This document shows, one piece after another, positions 10,762-19,459 of a DNA stretch of 64,000 bases (positions within the stretch are counted from its first letter, which is position 1; every line of letters begins with the position of its first letter). Source of the stretch: an uncultured Alphaproteobacteria bacterium (lineage in GTDB: Bacteria > Pseudomonadota > Alphaproteobacteria > RF32 > CAG-239); contig CAXHMA010000001.1 in the NCBI GenBank assembly GCA_964017825.1, forward strand, positions 83,928 through 147,927, written 5' to 3'. Made by a program: the position numbers and the translations under genes. Under the pieces are notes generated by a model. It was given only the letters and a program-made list of their open reading frames with translations, did not search any database and had not been told where the DNA came from.

Positions 10762-11337
10762 ATGAAAATTTTCGGCACCATACTCGTTATTTTACTCATT
10801 TTATTCGGTATCTCCGCCGTCGGCGGTATCAACAGTCTCGTCCGTCAGGATGAAGAGGTCAAAGCATCCTGGGCGCAGGTCCAAAACCAATACCAACGTC
10901 GCATGGATTTAATTCCGAATTTGGTCTCCACCGTCAAAGGATATGCCGCGCATGAAAAAGAAACCTTGCAGGCCGTTATAGAAGCACGCGCCAATGCGAC
11001 CAAAGTTTCCTTAAATATTGACGACGCCAAGCAATTTCAGGAATATATGCAGGCTCAGGCCGGATTAAGCTCTGCCTTATCGCGCCTAATGGCCGTTTCC
11101 GAAAACTATCCTGACTTAAAAGCCAACCAAAACTTTATGGCGCTGCAAGACCAGCTTGAAGGCACGGAAAACCGTATTGCCGTAGCCCGCAGGGATTATA
11201 TTGCCATAGTCAAAGATTTCAACCAGCGCGTCCGCACCTTTCCGGGAATAATCTGGGCAATGATTTCCGGCCTGCGTGCCAAACCGACGTTTGATGCTGC
11301 CGCCGGCGCCGACACCGCACCTGTTGTGGCTTTTTAA
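10762..11337 (+). CDS. lemA: LemA family membrane protein.
   Basis: N-terminal TM then conserved LemA region (QxxWAQVQNQYQRRxDLIPNLVxTVKGYAxHE). Confidence 0.8.
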   Translation: MKIFGTILVILLILFGISAVGGINSLVRQDEEVKASWAQVQNQYQRRMDLIPNLVSTVKGYAAHEKETLQAVIEARANATKVSLNIDDAKQFQEYMQAQAGLSSALSRLMAVSENYPDLKANQNFMALQDQLEGTENRIAVARRDYIAIVKDFNQRVRTFPGIIWAMISGLRAKPTFDAAAGADTAPVVAF

Positions 11338-11347
11338 CGGCGCATAA

Positions 11348-12037
11348 ATGAAAAAGTTTATTCTTGCCGTCATCGTCGGACTTTTCTGCCTCATTGCACC
11401 GCTTATCGCCGAAACGTCATATCCGGCGCTAACCGGCCATGTCGTTGACGAAGCCAATATCCTCACCCCGCAAACCAAAGCCGAATTGGAAGCCCTGCTT
11501 TCCGCAGACTCTGACAATCAGGTTGTCGTCGCCGTCTTAAATGACCTGCGCGGCAGAGACGGGCGCGAATACGGCGTTGATTTGGCGCGCCGGTGGCAGC
11601 TCGGACAAAAAGGCAAAGACAACGGCGCGCTGATTTTGCTGGCAATAAAAGACCGTTACGTCGGCATAGAAGTCGGCTACGGACTGGAAAGCATTTTAAC
11701 CGACAGTATAAGCGGTAGAATTTTACAATACGAAATTCTTCCGCCCATACAACAAAATCAGGATTATAACCAAGCCATGCTCAACGGCGCCAAAGCGGTC
11801 ATGACGGTTATTTCCGGCGGAAAAATCGCGACACCTGCCGAAGAAGATGATAAGATTAATGCCCTCATCACCGCGCTCTTTTTGCTCCTGATGCTTTATG
11901 CCATGTCCAAAGGCGGCGGCGGCATATTCCCCGGCGGCGGTTTCGGAGGTGGCTTCGGAGGATTTGGCGGCAGAGGCGGCGGTTTCTTCGGCGGCGGCGG
12001 AAGCTTCGGTGGCGGCGGTGCCGGACGCAGATTTTAA
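11348..12037 (+). CDS. TPM-domain (YgcG-like) membrane protein with Gly-rich C-terminal tail.
   Basis: Signal/TM, TPM domain motifs, TM, then GGGFGGGFGG tail; typical LemA-TPM pairing. Confidence 0.7.
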   Translation: MKKFILAVIVGLFCLIAPLIAETSYPALTGHVVDEANILTPQTKAELEALLSADSDNQVVVAVLNDLRGRDGREYGVDLARRWQLGQKGKDNGALILLAIKDRYVGIEVGYGLESILTDSISGRILQYEILPPIQQNQDYNQAMLNGAKAVMTVISGGKIATPAEEDDKINALITALFLLLMLYAMSKGGGGIFPGGGFGGGFGGFGGRGGGFFGGGGSFGGGGAGRRF

Positions 12038-12040
12038 CCC

Positions 12041-13012
12041 CTAATTTTGCGTTTTCCGATACAACGCCACATTGGCATTATGCTCGCCCAAACTCTTGGC
12101 AAAACGATGTCCGCCGGTAACGCCGTCTGCCACAAAATACAAATATCCCGTCTTCGCCGGATGCGCGGCAGCCGTCATAGCCGCTTTCCCCGGGCTGCAA
12201 ATCGGCGCCGGAGGCAAACCTGCATAAACATAGGTGTTATAAGGAGAATCAAAGGCCAAATCTTTACGGTAAAGCGGGCGCCCGAGGTTCATTTGCCCGT
12301 CCGTTACCGCATAGATAACCGTCGGGTCCGTTTGCAGTTTCATACCGAGTTTAAGCCTGTTGACAAAGACAGAAGCGACCTTTGCCCGCTCATCCCCCAA
12401 ACCGGTTTCTTTTTCAATAATACTTGCAAGTACCAGCAATTCGCGCTCATCGGCAAGCGGAATATCCCCGTCGCGGGTTGCATATATATCGGCAAGCGTT
12501 TTTTTCATCGCCTGCCGCGCTTTTTTCAAAATACTGTTTCTTTCTTCCCCGCGCACAAAATGATACGTCTCCGGCAAAATATCCCCTTCTTTCAGCGCCA
12601 AAGTAATCTCGCCGCTCAAATACGGATTCTCATTAAGGATTTTTTTAATCTCAACCAGAGCTTTCCCTTCGGGGATAGTCACGCTGCGGATAACAACGTC
12701 GCCGCCCGCCAGTTTTTGCGCAATTGTTTCTAATGAGATACTGCCCGTAAAGACGTATTCGCCAGCCTTAATCTTATCCGCCAGCCCGTTTAAACGCCCG
12801 TACAGCACAAACCAGCGCGCATCCGCAACCACGCCGTTCTCCATAAGCAGCGCGGCTGTCCGGTTCAGCCCCGCCCCTTTCGGAATAATCACGTCAACCG
12901 GCGTTTTAAGCAGATAAGATTCTGAAAATTTTTTATTGATAAGCATAACAAAAGCGGCTCCCGCCAGCAATAAAATCAATATCGCTATTAAAAGCCGCTT
13001 TAATATTTTCAT
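12041..13012 (-). CDS. mltG: Endolytic murein transglycosylase MltG (YceG family).
   Basis: N-terminal TM, conserved LASIIEKETG...VNRLKLGMKLQTDPTVIYA block. Confidence 0.85.
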   Translation of the reverse strand: MKILKRLLIAILILLLAGAAFVMLINKKFSESYLLKTPVDVIIPKGAGLNRTAALLMENGVVADARWFVLYGRLNGLADKIKAGEYVFTGSISLETIAQKLAGGDVVIRSVTIPEGKALVEIKKILNENPYLSGEITLALKEGDILPETYHFVRGEERNSILKKARQAMKKTLADIYATRDGDIPLADERELLVLASIIEKETGLGDERAKVASVFVNRLKLGMKLQTDPTVIYAVTDGQMNLGRPLYRKDLAFDSPYNTYVYAGLPPAPICSPGKAAMTAAAHPAKTGYLYFVADGVTGGHRFAKSLGEHNANVALYRKTQN

Positions 13013-13029
13013 CGCAGTGCCTTTATGGC

Positions 13030-14307
13030 TCAGCCGTTATACTTCTTGAAGATAACCGAAGAGTTTGTGCCGCCGAAACCGAAAGAGTTCGACATTGCTG
13101 CTTTAATTTCCCTCTTCTTGGCTTTTAACGGAACCAAATCAAAATCACCGAGTTCGTCAGCCGGATCTTCCAAATTCAACGTCGGCGGACAAGTTTGCTC
13201 CTGAATCGCCATAATCGTGTAAACCGCTTCCACGGCACCTGCTGCCCCGAGCAAATGCCCGATAGCAGATTTTGTCGAAGACATGGAAACATTCTTAATG
13301 CCTTCATCGCCGAACAAGCGCTTAACGGCCATGGCTTCGCCCACATCACCCGCGGGGGTAGACGTGCCGTGTGCATTGATATAGCCGATGTCAGACAACT
13401 CAACGCCGTTCTCTTTGGCGTGTTCCGCCGCCATCTTCATCGCACGGTATGCACCGTCACCCGAAGGCGCCGTAATATGGTAAGCATCGCCGCTCATGCC
13501 GTAGCCGACAACTTCGGCATAAATCTTGGCGCCGCGTTTTTTCGCGTGTTCCAGTTCTTCCAGCACCAACGCGCCGCTGCCTTCGCCCATTACAAAGCCG
13601 CTGCGGCCTTTGTCCCAAGGGCGGGAAGCCTTTTCCGGTGTCTCGTTATAATCAGACGTAATCGCCTTCATGCGGGCAAATCCGGCCAAGCCCAAAACGT
13701 TCACCGCCGATTCGGCACCGCCGGCCACCATCATATCGGCATCACCGCGCGCAATCATGGCCGCCGCATCACCGATGGCGTGCGTCCCTGTTGAACAAGC
13801 CGTCACGCAGGCGTGGTTCGGACCTTTAAGCCCGTACTTAATCGAAACATTGCCTGAAATAAGGTTAATGAGAACCGACGGAATAAAAAACGGCGAAATC
13901 TTCTTCATACCGAATTCATTAAACGAGATTGCATTTTCATAAATTCCCTGCAATCCGCCGATACCTGCGCCCATCATCACGCCGGCGCGGTCTTTTTCTT
14001 CGTCGCTCGCGGTTTCCGCATTCCAGCCCGCATCTTCCAATGCATCACCGGCGGCAGCCATACCGAACATAATGAACTTATCATTCTTCTTCTGGTCTTT
14101 CGGAGCAAACACCGTGTCCGGATTAAAATCCGGCGCACTTTCACCGAACGGAACCTGTCCGGCGATTGTTACCGGAATATCTTTCAGGTCGACCCCTTCA
14201 ATCGGGCGGACACCTGATTTTCCTGCCAGCAGGGAATCCCAGTTATGCTTAACACCTCTGCCGAGCGGAGAAACAACCCCCATACCTGTAACGACAACTC
14301 TTCTCAT
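13030..14307 (-). CDS. fabF: 3-oxoacyl-ACP synthase II.
   Basis: 425 aa; KAS motifs (ACSTG active-site Cys, HGTSTPAGD, GHLLGAAG). Confidence 0.95.
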   Translation of the reverse strand: MRRVVVTGMGVVSPLGRGVKHNWDSLLAGKSGVRPIEGVDLKDIPVTIAGQVPFGESAPDFNPDTVFAPKDQKKNDKFIMFGMAAAGDALEDAGWNAETASDEEKDRAGVMMGAGIGGLQGIYENAISFNEFGMKKISPFFIPSVLINLISGNVSIKYGLKGPNHACVTACSTGTHAIGDAAAMIARGDADMMVAGGAESAVNVLGLAGFARMKAITSDYNETPEKASRPWDKGRSGFVMGEGSGALVLEELEHAKKRGAKIYAEVVGYGMSGDAYHITAPSGDGAYRAMKMAAEHAKENGVELSDIGYINAHGTSTPAGDVGEAMAVKRLFGDEGIKNVSMSSTKSAIGHLLGAAGAVEAVYTIMAIQEQTCPPTLNLEDPADELGDFDLVPLKAKKREIKAAMSNSFGFGGTNSSVIFKKYNG

Positions 14308-14387
14308 TAAATAACCTCATTCACGCTTACCCGCCCCGCACAATCCGAACCGAACCGGCACGCGGATAAATTTAATATGAAAAAACT

Positions 14388-14418
14388 CGCTTAAAACTTT
14401 TGAGCGAGTTCTAACTTA
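14388..14418 (-). terminator. Hairpin between acpP and fabF (attenuator/terminator).
   Basis: Inverted repeat ACTCGCT...GAGCGAGT just 3' of acpP stop. Confidence 0.4.
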
Positions 14419-14434
14419 TGATAATTCCAAAGAC

Positions 14435-14677
14435 TTACGCAGCTTTTGAAAGATAGTCAATAGCATCTTTTACTGTAAGAATTTTTTCTGCTGCTTCATC
14501 AGGAATTTCGCAACCAAATTCTTCTTCAAATGCCATAACCAGCTCAACAGTATCCAAGCTGTCAGCACCCAAATCATCAATAAAGTTTGCATTATCTGTT
14601 ACTTTTGTTTCTTCAACACCTAAATGTTCAGCAACAATTTTCTTAACACGATCAGCGGTATCAGTCATTAAATTCAA
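14435..14677 (-). CDS. acpP: Acyl carrier protein.
   Basis: 80 aa; [20 protein letters not shown] phosphopantetheine site; alphaproteobacterial-type sequence. Confidence 0.95.
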   Translation of the reverse strand: MNLMTDTADRVKKIVAEHLGVEETKVTDNANFIDDLGADSLDTVELVMAFEEEFGCEIPDEAAEKILTVKDAIDYLSKAA

Positions 14678-14930
14678 CCTCTAAATATTATTAAAACAAT
14701 TTTTAGACTAACGTCTGAGACAAACGCTACACACAAAATAATTATTTGACAAGCTTTTTTTTAAACTTTTCAACGCAGCCTCCCTGTTTACACGGATAAT
14801 TTATTATATTTCAATACGTTAAGAATGACTAAAAAAATCGTATTTTTCCCCAAATTAACACTTTATTTCTAAAAAAACACGCACTATATATACCAATGAA
14901 TTAATCGAATTTATATTTAGAGGAACAAAA

Positions 14931-15872
14931 ATGCAAATAGGTATTATCGGAACGGGAATGGTCGGCAGTGCCATTGCCTATTCACTGGCCAGCGAAGGAA
15001 CTGCCGAAAAATTAATTTTAATTGACGCCAATAAAGAGCGCGCCATAGCCGAAGCCATGGATATTTCCCACGCGGCGCCTTTCACCTTCGGCGTTAAGGT
15101 TGTTGCCGGAGACTATAAAGATTTGAGCGAAGCCGGAATCATTATCATCACCGCCGGGGCCAACCAAAAGCCCGGCGAGACCCGCCTTGACCTTTTGGAA
15201 AAGAATGTCTCCATTTTCAAAAGCATAATCCCCGAAGTCGTCAAGCATGCGCCGAATGCGATTTTAATCATCGCCGCCAACCCGGTAGACATTATGACCG
15301 AAGTTACGCTGAAACTTTCCGGCTTCCCGAAAAACAGAGTCTTCGGCACCGGTACCGTTTTGGATTCGGCGCGCTTCCGCAGTATTTTGGGCCGCCATTT
15401 GGGCGTATCGCCGAAATCCATTCACGCCAACGTTATCGGTGAACACGGCGATTCCGAAGTTTTGCTTTGGTCCAGTGCCGTTGCCGGAACATCGTGCGTG
15501 GAAAAATTTGCCGAAGAATGCGACGTCGTTTTGGATAATGTGATTAAAGCCTCCATTGATAATGAAGTTCGCAACGCTGCTTATACGATTATCAAAGGCA
15601 AAGGCTCCACCTATTTCGGCATAGCTTCCGCCACACAATACATCTGCAATTCAATCATCAGCGACAAACACGCGATATTAACCGTCAGTTCGCACCATGA
15701 CGAAGGCATCGGCGGTTATGACAATATCTGCTATGCCATGCCCTCCATTGTCAGCAAAAACGGCGTAGAAAGAGCATTGTTGCCGTCTATGTGCGGCAGC
15801 GAACTTGACGCTTTGACCAAAAGCGCCGAAACACTTTCCGAATATACAAAAAAAGCGCTTGCGATGTTGTAA
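14931..15872 (+). CDS. ldh: L-lactate dehydrogenase (LDH/MDH family, Gln at substrate-specificity position).
   Basis: GxGxVG NAD fold; GANQKPGETRLDL loop (Q not R suggests lactate); IGEHGDS catalytic His. Confidence 0.75.
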   Translation: MQIGIIGTGMVGSAIAYSLASEGTAEKLILIDANKERAIAEAMDISHAAPFTFGVKVVAGDYKDLSEAGIIIITAGANQKPGETRLDLLEKNVSIFKSIIPEVVKHAPNAILIIAANPVDIMTEVTLKLSGFPKNRVFGTGTVLDSARFRSILGRHLGVSPKSIHANVIGEHGDSEVLLWSSAVAGTSCVEKFAEECDVVLDNVIKASIDNEVRNAAYTIIKGKGSTYFGIASATQYICNSIISDKHAILTVSSHHDEGIGGYDNICYAMPSIVSKNGVERALLPSMCGSELDALTKSAETLSEYTKKALAML

Positions 15873-15888
15873 GATTACAACCCTCATT

Positions 15889-15917
15889 AAAAAGCCCGAC
15901 ATTCTCTGCCGGGCTTT
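15889..15917. terminator. Bidirectional rho-independent terminator between ldh and HTH gene.
   Basis: AAAAGCCCGACATTCTCTGCCGGGCTTTT hairpin flanked by A/T runs. Confidence 0.6.
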
Positions 15918-15921
15918 TATA

Positions 15922-16197
15922 TTACTCCTCTTTCATATCTTCTAAACGCACCACAAGCCGCTTATTATAATATTTCAGTAACTCAGCTACGGCAAACCAG
16001 TTGAATTTGCGGCGCGCCATTTCCACCATTTCAATCTTATATGGCGGCACACCGATTTTTGCGCTCAACTCTTGCGATGACGCCCGCTTTTTCATCCGTT
16101 CGTTCAGCAAAAGCGTACCTATTTGGCGTTTGACATCATTACATAATATATCGCCGTTAAGGATATACTTTTTTTCTTCTTCTAATGTTTGAAACAT
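15922..16197 (-). CDS. Small XRE-type helix-turn-helix protein (91 aa), paralog of 40686..41009.
   Basis: HTH segment LSAKIGVPPYKIEMVE; AGGAG RBS; paralogous gene 25 kb away with the same upstream noncoding module. Confidence 0.55.
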   Translation of the reverse strand: MFQTLEEEKKYILNGDILCNDVKRQIGTLLLNERMKKRASSQELSAKIGVPPYKIEMVEMARRKFNWFAVAELLKYYNKRLVVRLEDMKEE

Positions 16198-16427
16198 GAT
16201 TTTTTACTCCTTGTTAAATTAAAACAAAAGGCGCTTAAAAGCGCCAGGGAGTTCACAAATCACAAAGCTATGACTCTCTTGGCCTTCAATATATAGCCAA
16301 GAGCTCCCTGACTTACATCAAGGAAAATGCTTTGAGAGCCTGTGACAGCCCTGACGGTGTCTCCACCGACAAAAGAAGTATAAAAGAGAATTTATAAAAG
16401 TAAAGTTAATTTTTTTGTTGTGGTATC
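16198..16427 (-). repeat. Rep2 copy A: ~225-bp conserved structured noncoding module upstream of HTH gene (about 90% identical to 41011..41235).
   Basis: Near-identical sequence at both loci; contains GC hairpin + T-run 20 nt before RBS, nested inverted repeats (CTCTTGGC...GCCAAGAG, CAGGGAGCTC...GAACTCCCTG). Confidence 0.7.
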
Positions 16428-16442
16428 GCGCCGTTTTTTTAG

Positions 16443-16560
16443 AGGAGAGAAATTTTGTGAGTGAGCCTGAAATGTCCGCCAAGGGAGGGAAGTGTACATA
16501 AAAGTACATGACCCGACCGAAGTGCGGCTTCCATCCACAAATTAGTTCACAATAATTTGA
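16443..16560 (+). repeat. Rep1 copy A (dispersed ~110-bp stem-loop repeat, core GTGTACATAAAAGTACATG, tail TTCCATCCACAAATTAGTTCACAA).
   Basis: Shares head module GAGAAATTTTG[C/T]GAGTGAGCCTGAAAT, core and tail with five other copies in the window. Confidence 0.75.
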
Positions 16561-16581
16561 GATAGACATCGATGGGTTCAA

Positions 16582-16632
16582 GGGCGCTTAAAATTTTAGT
16601 GTACACAATAGTACATGAATTTTAAGCGTCCC
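16582..16632 (-). terminator. Long perfect hairpin (14-bp stem) 3' of glycosyltransferase gene; loop carries GTACAC/GTACATG like Rep1 core.
   Basis: GGGCGCTTAAAATT ... AATTTTAAGCGTCCC inverted repeat. Confidence 0.4.
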
Positions 16633-16659
16633 GCAGAAACCGCGCTGGATGCTCAAATT

Positions 16660-17685
16660 TTATCCCTCTAAACCGTTATAGTACTTATACCACAACCTTT
16701 GTAGCATATAAAAGAACTCCGTCTTCGGTATGCTGATACCCAAAGGCTTTTTGGCGGATGCAAAATGCAAAATCGTCACGGGCGCAAAAACCTGCTCAAA
16801 GTTCTGCCAATTCCGCCCGTAAAACTCATTCATCGTCTTCAAATCAATATGCTCAAAGAAGAAATTAATCGCATTGGCCTCAAACGGCAGCAGCACCGCA
16901 TCATGGCCGACCACCACATTCAGCGCATCTTGATCCATATAAGTACGGAAATTGTTGTTGGTATAGTCTTCCAGCGCTTTAACCAGATGATCATCGCGGA
17001 TTTTCTTCAAGTTCATGAGCATCACGCCGGAATTGAAGTAATAGCCGCGTTCTTCCAGCCCCAGCTCAACAACGTGCATATTTTCAAAAAACCATGACGG
17101 GTCTTTAACCGCCGCCAGATATTTCCCCTCAATATCGGTTTTAAAGATATTGTTCAAATCATGCAAAACCAACACGTCCGAATCAATATAAAGCACCTTG
17201 TCAAGATTCGGCAAAACATCGGCGATATAATATTTCAACAGCGAGGTTTTGGAAACATGCGTATCGCGGATATAGAACAAATCAACTTCTTTCTGCGGCA
17301 AAACGGTTACGGTAACGTTTTCATCCGCCATTGCTTTCAGAGCTTCCGCATCCGCATCGGAAACACCCAAAGTCATAACATAAAAATTATATTTGGAAAG
17401 CGGGCATTTGGTTTGCTTCGCCGAATTTATCGCCACGCGCGTAAAATCTATATAATTCGTATCGGTAATCAAAACCGCATCAACCGTTCCGTCCACGCCG
17501 GTGCAGTCCTCCGGTGCTAAGGCCAAATCAAAATCATACGTCTGCGCCTGTTCGGCCGTTTCAAACTGCGCGCTGCCGTTTGCCGGCGCCGTTTCATCTA
17601 TATAATTTGCCCACAGCAGCAGCCCGACCACGATAACGGCCATAACATCCGCCACAATCACCCATTTCATGCCTTTGTCTTTCAT
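16660..17685 (-). CDS. Family 8 glycosyltransferase (LPS glucosyl/galactosyltransferase-like) with N-terminal membrane anchor.
   Basis: DxD motif LYIDSDVLV, GT8 blocks (NxGVMLMNL, HFxxxxKP). Confidence 0.75.
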   Translation of the reverse strand: MKDKGMKWVIVADVMAVIVVGLLLWANYIDETAPANGSAQFETAEQAQTYDFDLALAPEDCTGVDGTVDAVLITDTNYIDFTRVAINSAKQTKCPLSKYNFYVMTLGVSDADAEALKAMADENVTVTVLPQKEVDLFYIRDTHVSKTSLLKYYIADVLPNLDKVLYIDSDVLVLHDLNNIFKTDIEGKYLAAVKDPSWFFENMHVVELGLEERGYYFNSGVMLMNLKKIRDDHLVKALEDYTNNNFRTYMDQDALNVVVGHDAVLLPFEANAINFFFEHIDLKTMNEFYGRNWQNFEQVFAPVTILHFASAKKPLGISIPKTEFFYMLQRLWYKYYNGLEG

Positions 17686-17753
17686 TGTCGTCTCCTAAAA
17701 ATCAGCTTTTGCTCAGTATGAGCGCAAAGTGGTAAAAACCGCGTTAATAAAGA

Positions 17754-19367
17754 TTAAAAACGTTCTATGGATCGCTGATATCCCAATTTCAGATAAATTG
17801 ACTTTTTCCCGACAAAAAAATAAGGGCGCGCGGGAAAATTACTAAGTCCGAGAATAAGATCCGGCGGTTCCTCAAAATCGACTTTGGCGGCAAAGAATAT
17901 TGCGCTTTCTTTATCCTCTTGCGTCAACTGCTCGTTGCCCGACAATACATAAATGAAAGTATCCTTGATAAACATCGCGTCACCCCAAATCGGATTTTCC
18001 GCTTCATACAAAAATAAACCGGCAGAGAAAATATGATGCAAAAATTTGGAGTAGCCGTACAACTCTCTCAGTCTCTCCCTGTCTTCGCCATACACATATT
18101 CGTCTCCGGTAAATTTTTCCCTGCCGTAAAACCCGCCGTGCACAAACAGACGGTAATGCTGCCCCGGAACAAGCTCCGACATAAGCTCCGAACGCACCCT
18201 GTCTGCCGTGCGCTCATCCAGTTTGTCGCCCGAAACCCAGACTTTTTGAGCCGTCAAATCAGCTTTCGCATAGCTGAGCGTCAAAACCAAAGCCAAGGCA
18301 AAAGCGGCATTGCCGAGCCATTTTCGTCCGCCCGCAGAAGCCGTGGCAAAAAGTATAGCGCCGACATAGGGAACAGAAAAGAAATGAATACGATAAGTAT
18401 AAAAGAAATCTTTCGGTGACATAAACGCCATCGTAAACGAAACATATAAAAGTCCGACAATACCGAGCAAACCCATGACAAAGCGCCGCCGGCAATATGT
18501 CGCCCAAAGAGCCGCTGCGGCAAGCCCGCAAAGGCACCAGACGACAACGTCCGAACAATAAGGAAACCCGTCGGTCAACACCCGCAAGGGCTCATCCCAC
18601 CGCTCCCGAAACTTCACCCACATATCTTTAACGGGAAGCATCTGGATATTATACATTCCCCTTGATAACCACATTTTATAACGCAGATAGGCAATAGCTC
18701 CGCGATAGAGTAACCCTGCCGCCGCTATCCATCCGCCGGCTTTTACATAAGCAAAAATCGCTGCCCTGTCTGCTTTTCTGCCCTGCATCACGTCTGCCGA
18801 AAATTTCCCGAACACCAAAACCAGCGCCAGTTCAAACGAAGCCGCATATCCCCCCATACTGATAAACAAACAAAGGCACCCGCCGAACGCGTATAAAATT
18901 TTACCCTCTTCCGCACCCTTAAAAATCAACATCATCCCGACAACGCATAAAAGCGGCCAGAACAAAACGGATATAACCGAATGCACATACCAAATCTGCG
19001 TTAACAAATAAGGGTTCAAAACAATCAGAAGCGAATACAAAACAACCGGAATATAATCCTTCCGCACACCGTACCAACAGGCGGAAAGCACCGCCGCGGC
19101 ACTGAAAAACAAAAATCCGACAAGCGCCGAAAATATCGGCAAAAGCTGACCTTCCGTCAAAATAACGGGCAACACGAACTGTGTAAAACGCCCTTCCCAA
19201 AGTCCTTCGGTCATCTTAACGCCGTACCGCATATATTTATAATCGTGATTACCGACATAAAAGCTGCCGAGATAGAAAAGAAACACCGTTGTCAATATGC
19301 CGAAAACCAACCCCAGGCAGTTAAGCCAAAAGCCGTATTTCTCTCTCCAAGTCTTTTTTTGCGTCAT
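17754..19367 (-). CDS. Large polytopic membrane protein (537 aa), family unknown; paralog of split gene at 19460..21180.
   Basis: ~10 predicted TM segments plus C-terminal soluble domain; two paralogous ORFs align to its N- and C-halves. Confidence 0.6.
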   Translation of the reverse strand: MTQKKTWREKYGFWLNCLGLVFGILTTVFLFYLGSFYVGNHDYKYMRYGVKMTEGLWEGRFTQFVLPVILTEGQLLPIFSALVGFLFFSAAAVLSACWYGVRKDYIPVVLYSLLIVLNPYLLTQIWYVHSVISVLFWPLLCVVGMMLIFKGAEEGKILYAFGGCLCLFISMGGYAASFELALVLVFGKFSADVMQGRKADRAAIFAYVKAGGWIAAAGLLYRGAIAYLRYKMWLSRGMYNIQMLPVKDMWVKFRERWDEPLRVLTDGFPYCSDVVVWCLCGLAAAALWATYCRRRFVMGLLGIVGLLYVSFTMAFMSPKDFFYTYRIHFFSVPYVGAILFATASAGGRKWLGNAAFALALVLTLSYAKADLTAQKVWVSGDKLDERTADRVRSELMSELVPGQHYRLFVHGGFYGREKFTGDEYVYGEDRERLRELYGYSKFLHHIFSAGLFLYEAENPIWGDAMFIKDTFIYVLSGNEQLTQEDKESAIFFAAKVDFEEPPDLILGLSNFPARPYFFVGKKSIYLKLGYQRSIERF

Positions 19368-19459
19368 TAAAAACGTGCTCCTTTTTTACGGATATTTTAA
19401 TCTCTGGAACAAATGTAAAAACAAAGGTGTAAAAAGCAGGTTAATATCCGCATAATGTT

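Noticed and set aside
12047-12733. 228-aa ORF antisense within mltG
   Set aside because: Overlaps a well-supported gene on the other strand; Arg-rich.
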